Position numbers and translations under genes: made by a program. A stretch of 64,000 bases of DNA, from the IMG/VR virus record IMGVR_UViG_2510065032_000001. The stretch is one strand, 5' to 3'. The stretch is from an uncultured virus (IMG/VR IMGVR_UViG_2510065032_000001) (Duplodnaviria > Heunggongvirae > Uroviricota > Caudoviricetes). Each line of letters starts with the position of its first letter. Position 1 is the first letter of the stretch. The notes under the pieces are model-generated. The model ran no database searches, was not told where the DNA came from, and was given only the letters and a program-made list of their open reading frames with translations. Shown one piece after another: positions 10,000 to 19,175 of the stretch.

Positions 10000-10827
10000 G
10001 TGTGGGCGCTGCTCTGCGTCTCCAAGGGCTACCTGCGGGTCTGGAAGACCCGCAGGGACGGGGTGCGTCAGCGGTACGTCGTGGCGGTGGACGGCGATTT
10101 CAGCCCGATGAAGCTCGGCCCCGACGAGATGCCCCCCTCCGACGAGATCAAGGACGACCGCCTGCTGCGCTACTCCCACCCCTGGGAGCTGGTGGGCCGT
10201 ATCCGCAGGGCGCTCGAGGCCAGGGTGCCGCTGCCGGGGCGCGCGGGCATCCCCTCCGTCAAGCTGGCCTCCAGCCACGAGGAGATGGACGCCCTCGTAG
10301 AGGCCGCCTACGGGGTGCGCCCGGACAGGAGGCTTCGGGGGTTCAGCCACGAGGGCCGGATATTTTTGGGGCCCGAGGTCTACGACGACCTCGAGCACCG
10401 CAACGTCGCCCTGCGGGCCAGGGCCTTCAAGACCATCGCGCACGAGTGGTGGCACGCCAAGCGCGTATCGCCCAGCCGGGAGATGCCCCAATGGATCGAG
10501 GAGGGCCTGGCCGACCACTACGCCGCGCGCGCGGCCAAGGCCCTGCTGGGCACCCCCTACGCGGAGGGGACGTACTTCCATGCCCAGGTCGCGGTGGAGC
10601 ACCTGCTGACCCTGCTGGGCGGGGGGGACTTCGAGGCGGGGTACGAGCAGATCAAGCTCACCCGCTCCGACCCCCACCCCCGCAGGACGCTGCGCGCGCT
10701 GTTCCAGAGCTGGGGGCTCGGGCGGGAGGCGGTGGGGCTGCTGCTGAGCGGCGAGCACGAGATGAGCCAACTCCTGTGGGCGGAGGATGCGCGGAGGATT
10801 TTCGCCGCCCTGACGCGGGAGGGATAA
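10000..10827 (+). CDS. Zincin-like metallopeptidase
   Basis: IAHEWWH plus downstream WIEEGLAD; N-terminal CVSKG and KTRRDGVRQRYVV hairpin. Confidence 0.7.
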   Translation: MWALLCVSKGYLRVWKTRRDGVRQRYVVAVDGDFSPMKLGPDEMPPSDEIKDDRLLRYSHPWELVGRIRRALEARVPLPGRAGIPSVKLASSHEEMDALVEAAYGVRPDRRLRGFSHEGRIFLGPEVYDDLEHRNVALRARAFKTIAHEWWHAKRVSPSREMPQWIEEGLADHYAARAAKALLGTPYAEGTYFHAQVAVEHLLTLLGGGDFEAGYEQIKLTRSDPHPRRTLRALFQSWGLGREAVGLLLSGEHEMSQLLWAEDARRIFAALTREG

Positions 10828-10830
10828 AAA

Positions 10831-10851
10831 TGCTAGAATGCCCGGAGGAGG
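10831..10851 (+). promoter_or_regulatory. Extended -10 promoter and SD
   Basis: TGcTAGAAT followed by GGAGGAGG before GTG 10858. Confidence 0.5.
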
Positions 10852-10857
10852 TGCCGC

Positions 10858-11112
10858 GTGCTATACACCGAGATGATCCGACGCTCGTACAGCCCGGAGT
10901 TCGAGAGGATGCGCGACTGGCTGCTGAGCGCCTGCGGCGACCTTGAAAAGGCCAACCGCGCGGTACAGGAGCTCAAGACCAACCCCCACCTCTTCGACGG
11001 CATCCCCCCCGAAGAGCGGGGGGCCCTCGCGACGGTGATCCACGACCTCTACCGCCGCCGCGCCGAGTACCTGCGCGAGGCGGCTGAGGCGCGACAGCCC
11101 GCGCCCCGCTAG
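10858..11112 (+). CDS. Hypothetical protein (84 aa)
   Basis: Strong SD, followed by terminator. Confidence 0.65.
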   Translation: MLYTEMIRRSYSPEFERMRDWLLSACGDLEKANRAVQELKTNPHLFDGIPPEERGALATVIHDLYRRRAEYLREAAEARQPAPR

Positions 11113-11131
11113 CGCCGCCCTTCGCGCCCCG

Positions 11132-11156
11132 GCCCGCCCCCTGAGGGCGGGCTTTT
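11132..11156 (+). terminator. Intrinsic terminator
   Basis: GCCCGCCC/GGGCGGGC stem + TTTT. Confidence 0.7.
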
Positions 11157-11170
11157 CGCCGCCCCCCTAC

Positions 11171-11206
11171 TTGACTAATACTCAAGCTTGTCCTAGCTTT
11201 AGGACA
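11171..11206 (+). promoter_or_regulatory. SigmaA-type promoter with overlapping operator TGTCC-N8-GGACA
   Basis: TTGACT-17-TAGCTT; TGTCCTA gctt TAGGACA at 11189-11206. Confidence 0.75.
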
Positions 11207-11220
11207 GGAGGTATTGAAAC

Positions 11221-11523
11221 ATGCCCCAAAGCACCTGGCACAAAAGCACCTGGGTCTTCCTCAGCGTCGGCGTGGAGCCCGAACACGCCGCGCGCGCGCT
11301 GGAGATCGGGCGCGCCCTCGAGCCCGCGCTCGACTGGCGGGCGTCCCTCGAGTTCTACCGCCGCCGCCAGCAGGTGGTCCAAGCCTGGCTGCCGCCCACC
11401 GAGCGCGTGGCCGAGCGCGTGGCCGAGCACGCCGACCTCAAGGCCCGCTACCTGGCCGCCCTCGAGCACGAGGGCATCGCCTACGCCGACGGCACGCTGC
11501 CGCTGGCCCGGAGGAGCCTATGA
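11221..11523 (+). CDS. Hypothetical protein
   Basis: SD AGGAGG; GC3-rich frame. Confidence 0.7.
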   Translation: MPQSTWHKSTWVFLSVGVEPEHAARALEIGRALEPALDWRASLEFYRRRQQVVQAWLPPTERVAERVAEHADLKARYLAALEHEGIAYADGTLPLARRSL

Positions 11524-12143
11524 CCCGCCCCCTCGCCGCCCGGCCCCAACCCCAACCCCACCCCCAAGACCCCGACGCCGTGCGCGGCCTGCGCGCGGCC
11601 CGGCGCCGCCTGGTGCGCTACTACCGCAACGGCGACAGCATCTGGGCCGCGGTCTGGCGTGACGAGGAGGGCCTGTGGGAGCTGTGCAACCCCACCTACG
11701 AGGGCCAGTTCTACCGCCACTACCTCTACGCCACGGCCCCCCGCGCCCTGCTGCGCAAGGCCGACCGCTGCCTGCCCCCCTTCGTGGAGCCCGGAGAATG
11801 GCGGGAAGTCCCCCAGGAGGCCGGGGAGTACGCCCACGACCACCACGGGATGGCCCCCCGGCGCACCAACCCCTACGGCCACCGGGAGAGCGGCCCCCGC
11901 GGGCGCCTGCTCCGCCTTTTGCGCCAGCAGGCCCTGGCCGACCACCGGCACGAGCGGCTGAGCGGGGAGGCGCTGGACGCCGCCGACGAGCGCATGGGCC
12001 TGGGGGAGGCCAAGGGCGCCCTGACCCTCGCCGCCGAAGCCCTCGAGGCCCTCGCCGCCGAGCTGCGCGCGCTGGCGGGCCACGCCTGCGAGTACGACGC
12101 GCGCGACTACTGCCGCCACTGCGGGGTGGACGGGAGGGCCTAG
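11520..12143 (+). CDS. Hypothetical protein with C-terminal Cys/His zinc-ribbon-like motif
   Basis: ATGA overlap; HACEY...YCRHCG. Confidence 0.65.
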   Translation: MTRPLAARPQPQPHPQDPDAVRGLRAARRRLVRYYRNGDSIWAAVWRDEEGLWELCNPTYEGQFYRHYLYATAPRALLRKADRCLPPFVEPGEWREVPQEAGEYAHDHHGMAPRRTNPYGHRESGPRGRLLRLLRQQALADHRHERLSGEALDAADERMGLGEAKGALTLAAEALEALAAELRALAGHACEYDARDYCRHCGVDGRA

Positions 12144-12173
12144 CGCCCCCCGAACCCCGGAAAAGGAGACGCC

Positions 12174-12407
12174 ATGACCCGGATCGTGATCGAGCTCAAG
12201 AACCAGCCCAAGCGCTCCCTGACCCCCCTGGCCGGGCAGGGCCTCGAGGAGGCCCTGCTCGCCTACGCCCCCCAGCTCCGGGGCCTCGAGCCCACCCAGG
12301 TGCTCGTGCAGGAGTACGACCCCGGCCTCCCCACCCGCTTCCGCTACACCCCCGCCCCTCACCTGCTCGAGCGGCTGGCGCGCGCGCTGGAGGATGCCCA
12401 TGCCTAG
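12174..12407 (+). CDS. Hypothetical protein
   Basis: SD AAGGAG. Confidence 0.65.
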   Translation: MTRIVIELKNQPKRSLTPLAGQGLEEALLAYAPQLRGLEPTQVLVQEYDPGLPTRFRYTPAPHLLERLARALEDAHA

Positions 12408-12846
12408 ACGGTCCACCGTGTGGGTGTGGCCCTCCGAGGCCGTCGAGCGCTTCCTGGCCGAGCGCACCGGCGCGGGCAAGCCGGGCCACGCCGCCCGCGA
12501 GGGGCTGGAGTGGTACGCCGCGCTGCTCGAGCGCGCCCGCTTCGGGCTGTGGATGCGCTTCAGCGCCCCCGAGCTGGGCTGGCTCCAGGCCACCGCCCGC
12601 CACCTGGCCCTCGAGCCGCGCGCCCTGTCGGGCGCCGTGCTCGCCGCGCAGCTTCTGGAGGCCGAGGCCACGTTGGGCTGGGGCCGGACGTACCGGGTCG
12701 ATCCCGAGGCGGTGGCCGGGCAGCTGCGCGGGCTGGAGCTGGCCGAGGTCTTCGCCCTGGTGGACGCCCTGCGCCGCCACTGGCTCGACCCCGGCCCCGA
12801 CCGCGAGGCCGACACCTGGCGGCAGCTCGGCCTCGAGCCCCGCTAG
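12400..12846 (+). CDS. Hypothetical protein, possible ribbon-helix-helix DNA-binding N-terminus
   Basis: N-terminal RRSTVWVW strand followed by helices. Confidence 0.5.
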   Translation: MPRRSTVWVWPSEAVERFLAERTGAGKPGHAAREGLEWYAALLERARFGLWMRFSAPELGWLQATARHLALEPRALSGAVLAAQLLEAEATLGWGRTYRVDPEAVAGQLRGLELAEVFALVDALRRHWLDPGPDREADTWRQLGLEPR

Positions 12847-12864
12847 GCCCGCCCCGCCCCCAAA

Positions 12865-12885
12865 GCCCCCCGGCAGGGGGGCCTT
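12865..12885 (+). terminator. Stem-loop, possible terminator
   Basis: GCCCCCC ggca GGGGGGC, weak U tract. Confidence 0.45.
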
Positions 12886-12892
12886 GCCGTTC

Positions 12893-12915
12893 TGACCCCT
12901 CGCACGCCCGACCGT
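12893..12915 (+). promoter_or_regulatory. Putative late promoter (leaderless)
   Basis: TGACCC-N11-GACCGT, ATG 6 nt later. Confidence 0.78.
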
Positions 12916-12921
12916 GGGGGT

Positions 12922-13908
12922 ATGAGCCTGATCGGTCTACCCAGCCACGTGTCCAAGCTCGCCATCCCCCTGGACGCCCTCGCCAAGGGGGTGGTGGGCC
13001 CCACCGGGCAGCGCCTGGTGTATTTCGAGACCTCGCGGGAGGGCGTCACCGACCGCGAGGGCGAGGACATCGCCGCCGACGCCCTGTGGGACAGCCGCGA
13101 GCTGTTCTTGCGGCAGGGCAACCTCGACCTCAACCACTGGAGCTGGTTGGGGAACCCGCCGGGCAGCGGGATGCGCCCGGAGTACGTCATCGGCCAGCCC
13201 CTCGACGTGGCGCGGGAGGGCGGCTCGATCTTCGTGCTGGGGGAAATCGCCCAGAAAGCCCCGCCCCCGCCCGCCGAGGCGGTGCCGGGGATGCCCGCGG
13301 GCTCGAGCTGGGCCGACTGGTTCTGGCACACCGTCAGCGTGCAGAACCCGCCCATGCGCTGGTTCCCCAGCGTCTTCGGCAACATCGCCCCCCACGCCAC
13401 CGTCGAGGTCGAGCTGCGGGACGGGCGCAGCGTGCGGCTCATCAAAGGCCCCCTGGAGTGGTTCAGCGTGGGCTTCGCCCAGCGCGCGCAGCACCCCGAG
13501 CTGCCCGCGGTGTCCACGACCCCGTTGGGGGCCTTCGCCATGAGCGCGGACCGCCCCACGCTGGTGCCGGGGGTGCCGGAGGTGGCGGTGCTGCCCTACG
13601 CCGCCTTCGCCAAGGCGGTGCAGGGCGCCCAGGCGGTGATGGCCGGGTACGGCCTGGAGGGTAAGGCCGGGCTGAGCGGGGTGGGCGCGGTGCGCCGGGA
13701 AAGCCTCGAGGGGCGCTACGAGCGCCACAAGCGCCGGGTGCTGGGCAAGCTGCTGCGCCGGGAGATCGACGGCAGCCTCGAGGGGGTGGCCGACGCCTTC
13801 ATGAAGTGCGGCTTCTCCAAGGGCGAGGCCCGCCACTGCGCCATCCGGCTGGGCCAGGAGCTCGATACCCTGGTCAACTCCAGGCGCCGCGGGGGGGTGG
13901 ACCTGTGA
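12922..13908 (+). CDS. Prohead (head maturation) protease
   Basis: S..(G)..DREGE.I, NLDLNH, IGQP, WFPSVFG pattern; upstream of scaffold and capsid. Confidence 0.7.
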   Translation: MSLIGLPSHVSKLAIPLDALAKGVVGPTGQRLVYFETSREGVTDREGEDIAADALWDSRELFLRQGNLDLNHWSWLGNPPGSGMRPEYVIGQPLDVAREGGSIFVLGEIAQKAPPPPAEAVPGMPAGSSWADWFWHTVSVQNPPMRWFPSVFGNIAPHATVEVELRDGRSVRLIKGPLEWFSVGFAQRAQHPELPAVSTTPLGAFAMSADRPTLVPGVPEVAVLPYAAFAKAVQGAQAVMAGYGLEGKAGLSGVGAVRRESLEGRYERHKRRVLGKLLRREIDGSLEGVADAFMKCGFSKGEARHCAIRLGQELDTLVNSRRRGGVDL

Positions 13909-16900
13909 AGGCCCTGCTCAGGCTCTCCGGGCACGCCCTCGAGCGCTTCGCCAAGGCCCGCGCGGGGCTGGTGCCCCACCGCCGCGCGGTGAACCGCGGG
14001 GGGAAGACCCACATCCAGACCTTCTGGGTCAACCCCCTCATCAGCGAGCACAAGCACGTGCCCGAGCGCTTCCGCGGCGAGCTGCTGGCCCTGGCGAAGC
14101 GCCTGCGCGCGGGGTTCATGCTCGAGGACGCGAACCGGGCCATCGAGCGCTACAACAAGCAGCACCGCACCCGGCTCGAGCCCATCAGCGAGGCCGAGTG
14201 GAGGCGAGCCGGGGGCTACGTGATGCCCGCCAGCCTCAAGGAGCGGCTGGCCGGGGGCAAGGCCGGGCCGCAGGGCGCGCAGGCCGAGCAGGCCGAGCAG
14301 GGCAACCTCTTCGACTTCGACTACTCCACGCCCGAGCCCGAACAGGGGGGGCTGTTCGGGCCCCAGCCTGAGCCTGAGCCCACCCCTGAGCCCCCCGCCC
14401 CGCAGCCCGAGCCTGCCCCTAAGCCCCAGCCTGAGCCTGAGCCCGAGGCCCGCAGCCTCGAGGAGCTGGAGAACCCCCCGCCGGGGGGCGTGGTGGTCCA
14501 CCGCGGCGAGCACACGACCCCGCTGGGGGCCAAGATCACCACCGTCTCCCGCCTGGTGCGCCCCGAGGAGGTGCCCGAGGAGCACCGCGCCAGCGGCTAC
14601 TACCCGCTATACGTCCGACGTCAGCACGTCAAGGTTCACCCGGCCATGCCCGAGGCCGAGCCCCAGCGCTGGGAGGAGTACGTGGAGGCCCGCTCGCCGC
14701 TGGCCGCCCTAGAGGACGCCCCCAACGGGCGCACCAGCGGCCAAGACCCCCTCGAGGGCTACACCGGCCACGCCCTCGAGGTCATGCGCCGGTGGGACGC
14801 GCTGACGCGCTGGGCAGACGCCGCCGCCCAGGAGAGCCACGCCGCCGCCGCCGCCCTCACCCGCCTGCGTGAGGCGGGCAACGAGGAGCTTCAGGCCGCC
14901 AACGAGCGCTACAACAAGAGGCTCAAGGCCCTCTTCCGCAAGGACCAGGAGCCCGACGAGGCCAAGCTCGAGGCCGCCCGCCGCGAGCGCGACGAGGAGA
15001 CGGGCCGGATCATGGCGCTCTACAAGCCCTCCGTCGAGCAGGCCCGCGAGGCGGCCCATCGCCTGGCGCTGCGCGCCCAGGCCGCGTCCGACCGCCTGCG
15101 GGACATCCGCCTGGGCAAAAGGCCGCTCGAGGACGTGGGCGACTTCGTGGAAGCCGTGGTGGAGCAGGCCGGAGAGAAGCCCGTCGGCCCGCGGGTGGGC
15201 GACCGCAAGACCGTCAACGGCGTGACCTACCGCCTCAACGAGAACCACCGCTGGGAGCGGGTGGAGGAGCCCCAGCCCGAGTCCCCCGCCCCTGACCCCG
15301 AGTCCCCCGCCCCTGACCCCGAGCCCCCCGCCCCGCCAGCCCGAGCCCGCCCCCGCCAGCGCCGAGGGGGTGAAGCCCGCACCCCGGACCCCGCCCCAGC
15401 CCGAGTACCGCGACGTGGGCGAGAAGATCGGCATGGCCCGCAAGGACATCGCCGCGCTGCGGGCCGAGCTCGACCGCGAGGCGCGCCGCGCGCTCACCGC
15501 GGGCGACCTGGAGGGGCTCGAGCGCGAGCCGGGCCTGGCCGCACGCTACGTGACCCGCGACCGGCAACTGGGCAAGGCTGCCGACCTTGCCCAGGACATG
15601 AAGGACATAGGGGCCAGCCCTGGGGCGGCCTACCTCGCCACCCGCCTGCTGTCCAGCGTCGCCCCCAAGCCCGACGACACCCCCGCCGCCCGCGCGCGCT
15701 ACGTGCGCGCCGCGCGGATGCTGCGCGAGGCGATGCTGAGATGGCAGAACCCCCAGGACGCGCTGCGGGGCATCAAGGAGCTGCAAGAGATCGGGCGCGG
15801 CTACTCCTACACCGCCGAGGAGCTGGCCGAGCTCCAGCGGCTCAAGGCCCAGCGCGACGAGATCAACCGCGAGCGGGCCCGGCGCCTGAACGAGCTGCCG
15901 CGCACCACGCCCTACGCCGAATACGTCCGGGCCGCCAGCAGCCTCGACGCCGAGCTCGCCCCCCGCTTACAGCCGATCCTGGACGCCATCTACGCCCTCG
16001 AGCGGCAGGCCGTCACCCGCAACGAGGCCGACCCCGACAGCCCCCGCAACCTCCTCGCCGCGCTGGGCGAGAAGTTCCTCGAGGCCATCGGGGTGCGCTA
16101 CAAGAAGGGCTGGGCCGACCGCTGGGAGGAGGCCGCGAAGAAGGCCGCCGCCTTCGACCAGGCGGGCGACTGGGGCTTTGCCCTCAAGGCCGCCCCCGCC
16201 GGGGGCGAGGGCCAGCCCCAGGCCGCGGCCCGGCGCCGCCGCATCCCGCCCTTCGAGCGCCGGGGGGAGGACGTGCGCAAAGGCCACGAGGTGCGGTTCA
16301 ACTCCGAGGAGCTGCACCGGACCTTCAACCTGCGGGGGGTGGAGTACGGCAACTGGATGAGCCAGGAGGACGCCGCCCTGCACACCCAGAAGGCGGGGGA
16401 GGCGCTGTACGACCTCGCCCGCCTCCTGCACATCCCCATCGAGCAGGTGTCGTGGAACGGGCGCCTGGCCCTTGGCTTCGGCGCGCGCGGCAAGGGCGCC
16501 GTGGCCCACTACGAGCCCGTGCGCAAGGTCATCAACCTTACAAAGTACGCCGGGGGCGGCAGCCTGGCCCACGAGTGGGGCCACTTCCTCGACAACGTGA
16601 TGGCGATGCTCTCCACCGGCGGCCAGAGCCACCACACCTCCTACGTCTCGGACAACGGCTGGTCGCCCCCCGGCGACGGCCTGCCCCCCGAGGTGGCCGC
16701 CGCCTGGGAGGAGCTGGGCCGGGCCATCAACCAGGGCAGCTACCGCAAGGCCAAGACCGCCCGGCCCGCCACCCACTACTACCGCGCCGATAAGCGCCGC
16801 CTAGACAGCGGGGAGAGCCTCGAGGCCCTCATCCGGGAGAAGGTGGACGAGGCCGCCAAGCGGCTGAAGGAGATCGAGGAGCGGGGGGGCAGCTACGCGG

Positions 16901-17376
16901 GGATGGGCGCCAAAGCGGTGCTGGACAACCTCGACCGCGACATGCGCTACCTGGCCGCCGCCGCCGGGCGCCCCATCCGCTACACCCCGCCCGGCGGCGA
17001 GGGCATGAGCCACTTCCGGGCCACCGCCAAGTTGATGGGCGATTACTGGTCCCGCCCCCACGAGCTGTTCGCCCGCGCGTTCGAGGCGTGGGTGCACGAC
17101 CGGCTGGCGGAGCGCGGCTGGGTGAACACCTACCTGGTCAAGGGCGTGGACGAGGAGGCGGTGCGGCGCTGGGGGAGGGAGGCGGGCCTGCTGGAGGAGG
17201 AGGGCGGCGTGACCTCGCTCTACCCGCTGGGCGAGGAGCGCAAGCGCACCAACGCGGCCTTCGACCGCCTGCTCTACGCCCTCGCGGGCAGCGGGGCCCT
17301 GGCTAAGGCCCTGGGGCTCTGGGGCTCCGGGGCTCCGGGGCGCGCGGCCTCTGACCCCCCGGCGCCCACAGCATGA
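13905..17376 (+). CDS. Large polyvalent protein (LPD5/LPD1-type, HExxH); apparent single-base frameshift near 15336
   Basis: GTG overlap; coding frame moves to the 15370..17376 frame inside a Pro-rich linker; DVGEKIGMARKD, GVEYGNW, AHYEP...INLTK...SLAHEWGH, YWSRPHELFARAFE, YPLGEER. Confidence 0.75.
15219..15278 (+). repeat. 60-bp direct repeat copy 2
   Basis: Identical to 1333-1392. Confidence 0.9.
17352..17374 (+). promoter_or_regulatory. Putative late promoter (leaderless)
   Basis: TGACCC-N11-CAGCAT, ATG 6 nt later. Confidence 0.78.
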
Positions 17377-17380
17377 AGCC

Positions 17381-18370
17381 ATGCCCCGCCTGACCCTGCG
17401 CCTCGCCAAGGCCCACCAGTCCCCGCTGTTCCCCGAGCCCCACGTGGTGCGCAGGGGCGGCAAGGTCCACACCCAGCGCTATTGGGTGGCGCCCGAGCAG
17501 CCCGCCGCGGCCCAGGCCCGCGGGCCCCGGCCCCGCGGGGAGGAGGCCGTGCCCCGTGACCCCGACCCCCGGCTGGCCGAGCGGCCAAGCCTGATCTACC
17601 TGGCCTCCACCAGCTCCTCGTGCATCGGCCAGCCGCCCACCATCGGCATCATGACCGGGCCGGAGGTGGGCGGGCTGCGCCCGATCCAGGAGGGGCGCTG
17701 GTGGGCCAGCGACAACGGCTGCTTCACCGGGCGCTTCAACCCCGAGCGCTTCGTGCGCCACCTCGAGCGCCTCCGGCCCTACCGTGACCGCTGCCTGTTC
17801 GTCGCGGCCCCCGACGTGCCCCGCAACGCCCAGGCCACCCTCGAGCGCTACGGCGAGTGGGCCGGGCCGATCCGGGCGATGGGCTTCCCGGTGGCCTACG
17901 TCCTCCAGGACGGGGCCCAGGAGATACCCCCCTGCGACTACGTGTTCCTGGCCGGTTCGGACGCCTGGCGCTTCGGCCCCCAGGGGCGCGCCCTGATCGA
18001 GGAGGCCGCCCGCCGCGGCCTGCCGGTGCACGTGGGCCGGGTCAACTCCGGCGAGCGCACCCGCCTGAGCGCCGCCGACTTCGGGGCGACCAGCGTGGAC
18101 GGCACCTACACCGCCTTCGCCGGGGTGGAGCGGGGCCTCAGGGACATCCACCGCTTCGTGAGCCAGGGGTTGGCCGCCCGCGCCCGCGTCCCGCTCCCGC
18201 TATTCCCCACCCTCTCCGTGTCCGACACCCTGGACCTCTCCTACCCCGACGCGCAGGCGGGCCGCTGCATGTCGTGCGGCGGGGTCACCTACCGCTACGA
18301 CCAATACGGCGAGGGCTACCTCTGCCCGTTCTGCGCCGAAGAGCTTCAAGAGGAAATGGGGTGGGGATAA
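17381..18370 (+). CDS. TGT/DpdA-like TIM-barrel protein with N-terminal cargo signal and C-terminal zinc ribbon
   Basis: WASDNGCF, APDVP, VLQDG, VHVGRVNS, SVDGT; CMSC...CPFC; N-terminus LRLAKA...RRGGKVHTQRYWV. Confidence 0.5.
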   Translation: MPRLTLRLAKAHQSPLFPEPHVVRRGGKVHTQRYWVAPEQPAAAQARGPRPRGEEAVPRDPDPRLAERPSLIYLASTSSSCIGQPPTIGIMTGPEVGGLRPIQEGRWWASDNGCFTGRFNPERFVRHLERLRPYRDRCLFVAAPDVPRNAQATLERYGEWAGPIRAMGFPVAYVLQDGAQEIPPCDYVFLAGSDAWRFGPQGRALIEEAARRGLPVHVGRVNSGERTRLSAADFGATSVDGTYTAFAGVERGLRDIHRFVSQGLAARARVPLPLFPTLSVSDTLDLSYPDAQAGRCMSCGGVTYRYDQYGEGYLCPFCAEELQEEMGWG

Positions 18371-18383
18371 TCCCCTCCAGGGC

Positions 18384-18428
18384 GCAAAAATCGCCACCCG
18401 CCCCACTCAAAGCGGGCGGTTTTTTTGC
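18384..18428. terminator. Intrinsic, probably bidirectional, terminator
   Basis: A-tract, GC stem, T7 tract. Confidence 0.7.
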
Positions 18429-18432
18429 ACTC

Positions 18433-18455
18433 TGACCCCTCAGCCCCCTGAGCCT
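18433..18455 (+). promoter_or_regulatory. Putative late promoter (leadered, SD GAGGAGG)
   Basis: TGACCC-N11-GAGCCT. Confidence 0.78.
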
Positions 18456-18475
18456 CGAGGTGTGAGGAGGGAACT

Positions 18476-19144
18476 ATGGACCTGAAGGAAGAACAGGCGA
18501 AGCGCGGCTTCGCCGCCATCCAAAACCTCCTGGCGAAGGCGGCCCAGGGCGGCGAGCCCGACGACGCCGACGCCGAGAAGGATGACCTCGACCTCGACCT
18601 CGACTTTTCCGACCTGGACGAAGCCCAGGGCGAGGCCGACGACGGCGAAGGCCAGGGCCCCGAGGAAGAGGAAGAGGACGGGGAGGGCAAGGGCCAGCCG
18701 GTGGCGAAGGCCGCCCAGGGCCAGGGCGAGGAGATCGTGGACGCGGGCCCGATCCTGATGGAGGTCGCCCAATCCCTGCGCGACCTCAGCCAGCAGAACG
18801 CCACCCTGCGCGAGCAGAACGCCACCCTCGCCAAGGCCATGAGCTTCCAGCTCGGCGTCAACCAGCAGCTCTTGAAGCGCCTGGAGCGCCTCGAGGCCAT
18901 GTTGGGCAACACCCCCACCATCGCCAAGGCTTCCAACGTGCGGCTCAAGGGCCAGGGGCAGGCCCAGGCCCAGGGCCTGGGCCTGGACGTGGAGGGCGTC
19001 ATCGCCAAAGCCGCCGTGGACACCGCCAACTTCACCGCCTCGCAGGTGGCGCGGCTGGAAAGCCTGTTGCGCTCGGGGCGGACCGCCGAGCTCCCCCGGC
19101 ACTTCAGCGCGGGCCAGCTCGAGGCCGTGGGCATCAAGCTCTGA
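18476..19144 (+). CDS. Capsid scaffolding protein
   Basis: Acidic stretch + coiled coil, five [LVI]AKA motifs, immediately before capsid gene. Confidence 0.7.
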   Translation: MDLKEEQAKRGFAAIQNLLAKAAQGGEPDDADAEKDDLDLDLDFSDLDEAQGEADDGEGQGPEEEEEDGEGKGQPVAKAAQGQGEEIVDAGPILMEVAQSLRDLSQQNATLREQNATLAKAMSFQLGVNQQLLKRLERLEAMLGNTPTIAKASNVRLKGQGQAQAQGLGLDVEGVIAKAAVDTANFTASQVARLESLLRSGRTAELPRHFSAGQLEAVGIKL

Positions 19145-19175
19145 GGCTCCGCCGGGGCTTTGAAAGGAGAAAAGC

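Noticed and set aside
15293..15336. Two CTGACCCC matches in the PAPDPE linker
   Set aside because: No [CG]ANNNT hexamer at +17; explained by Pro-Asp-Pro codons
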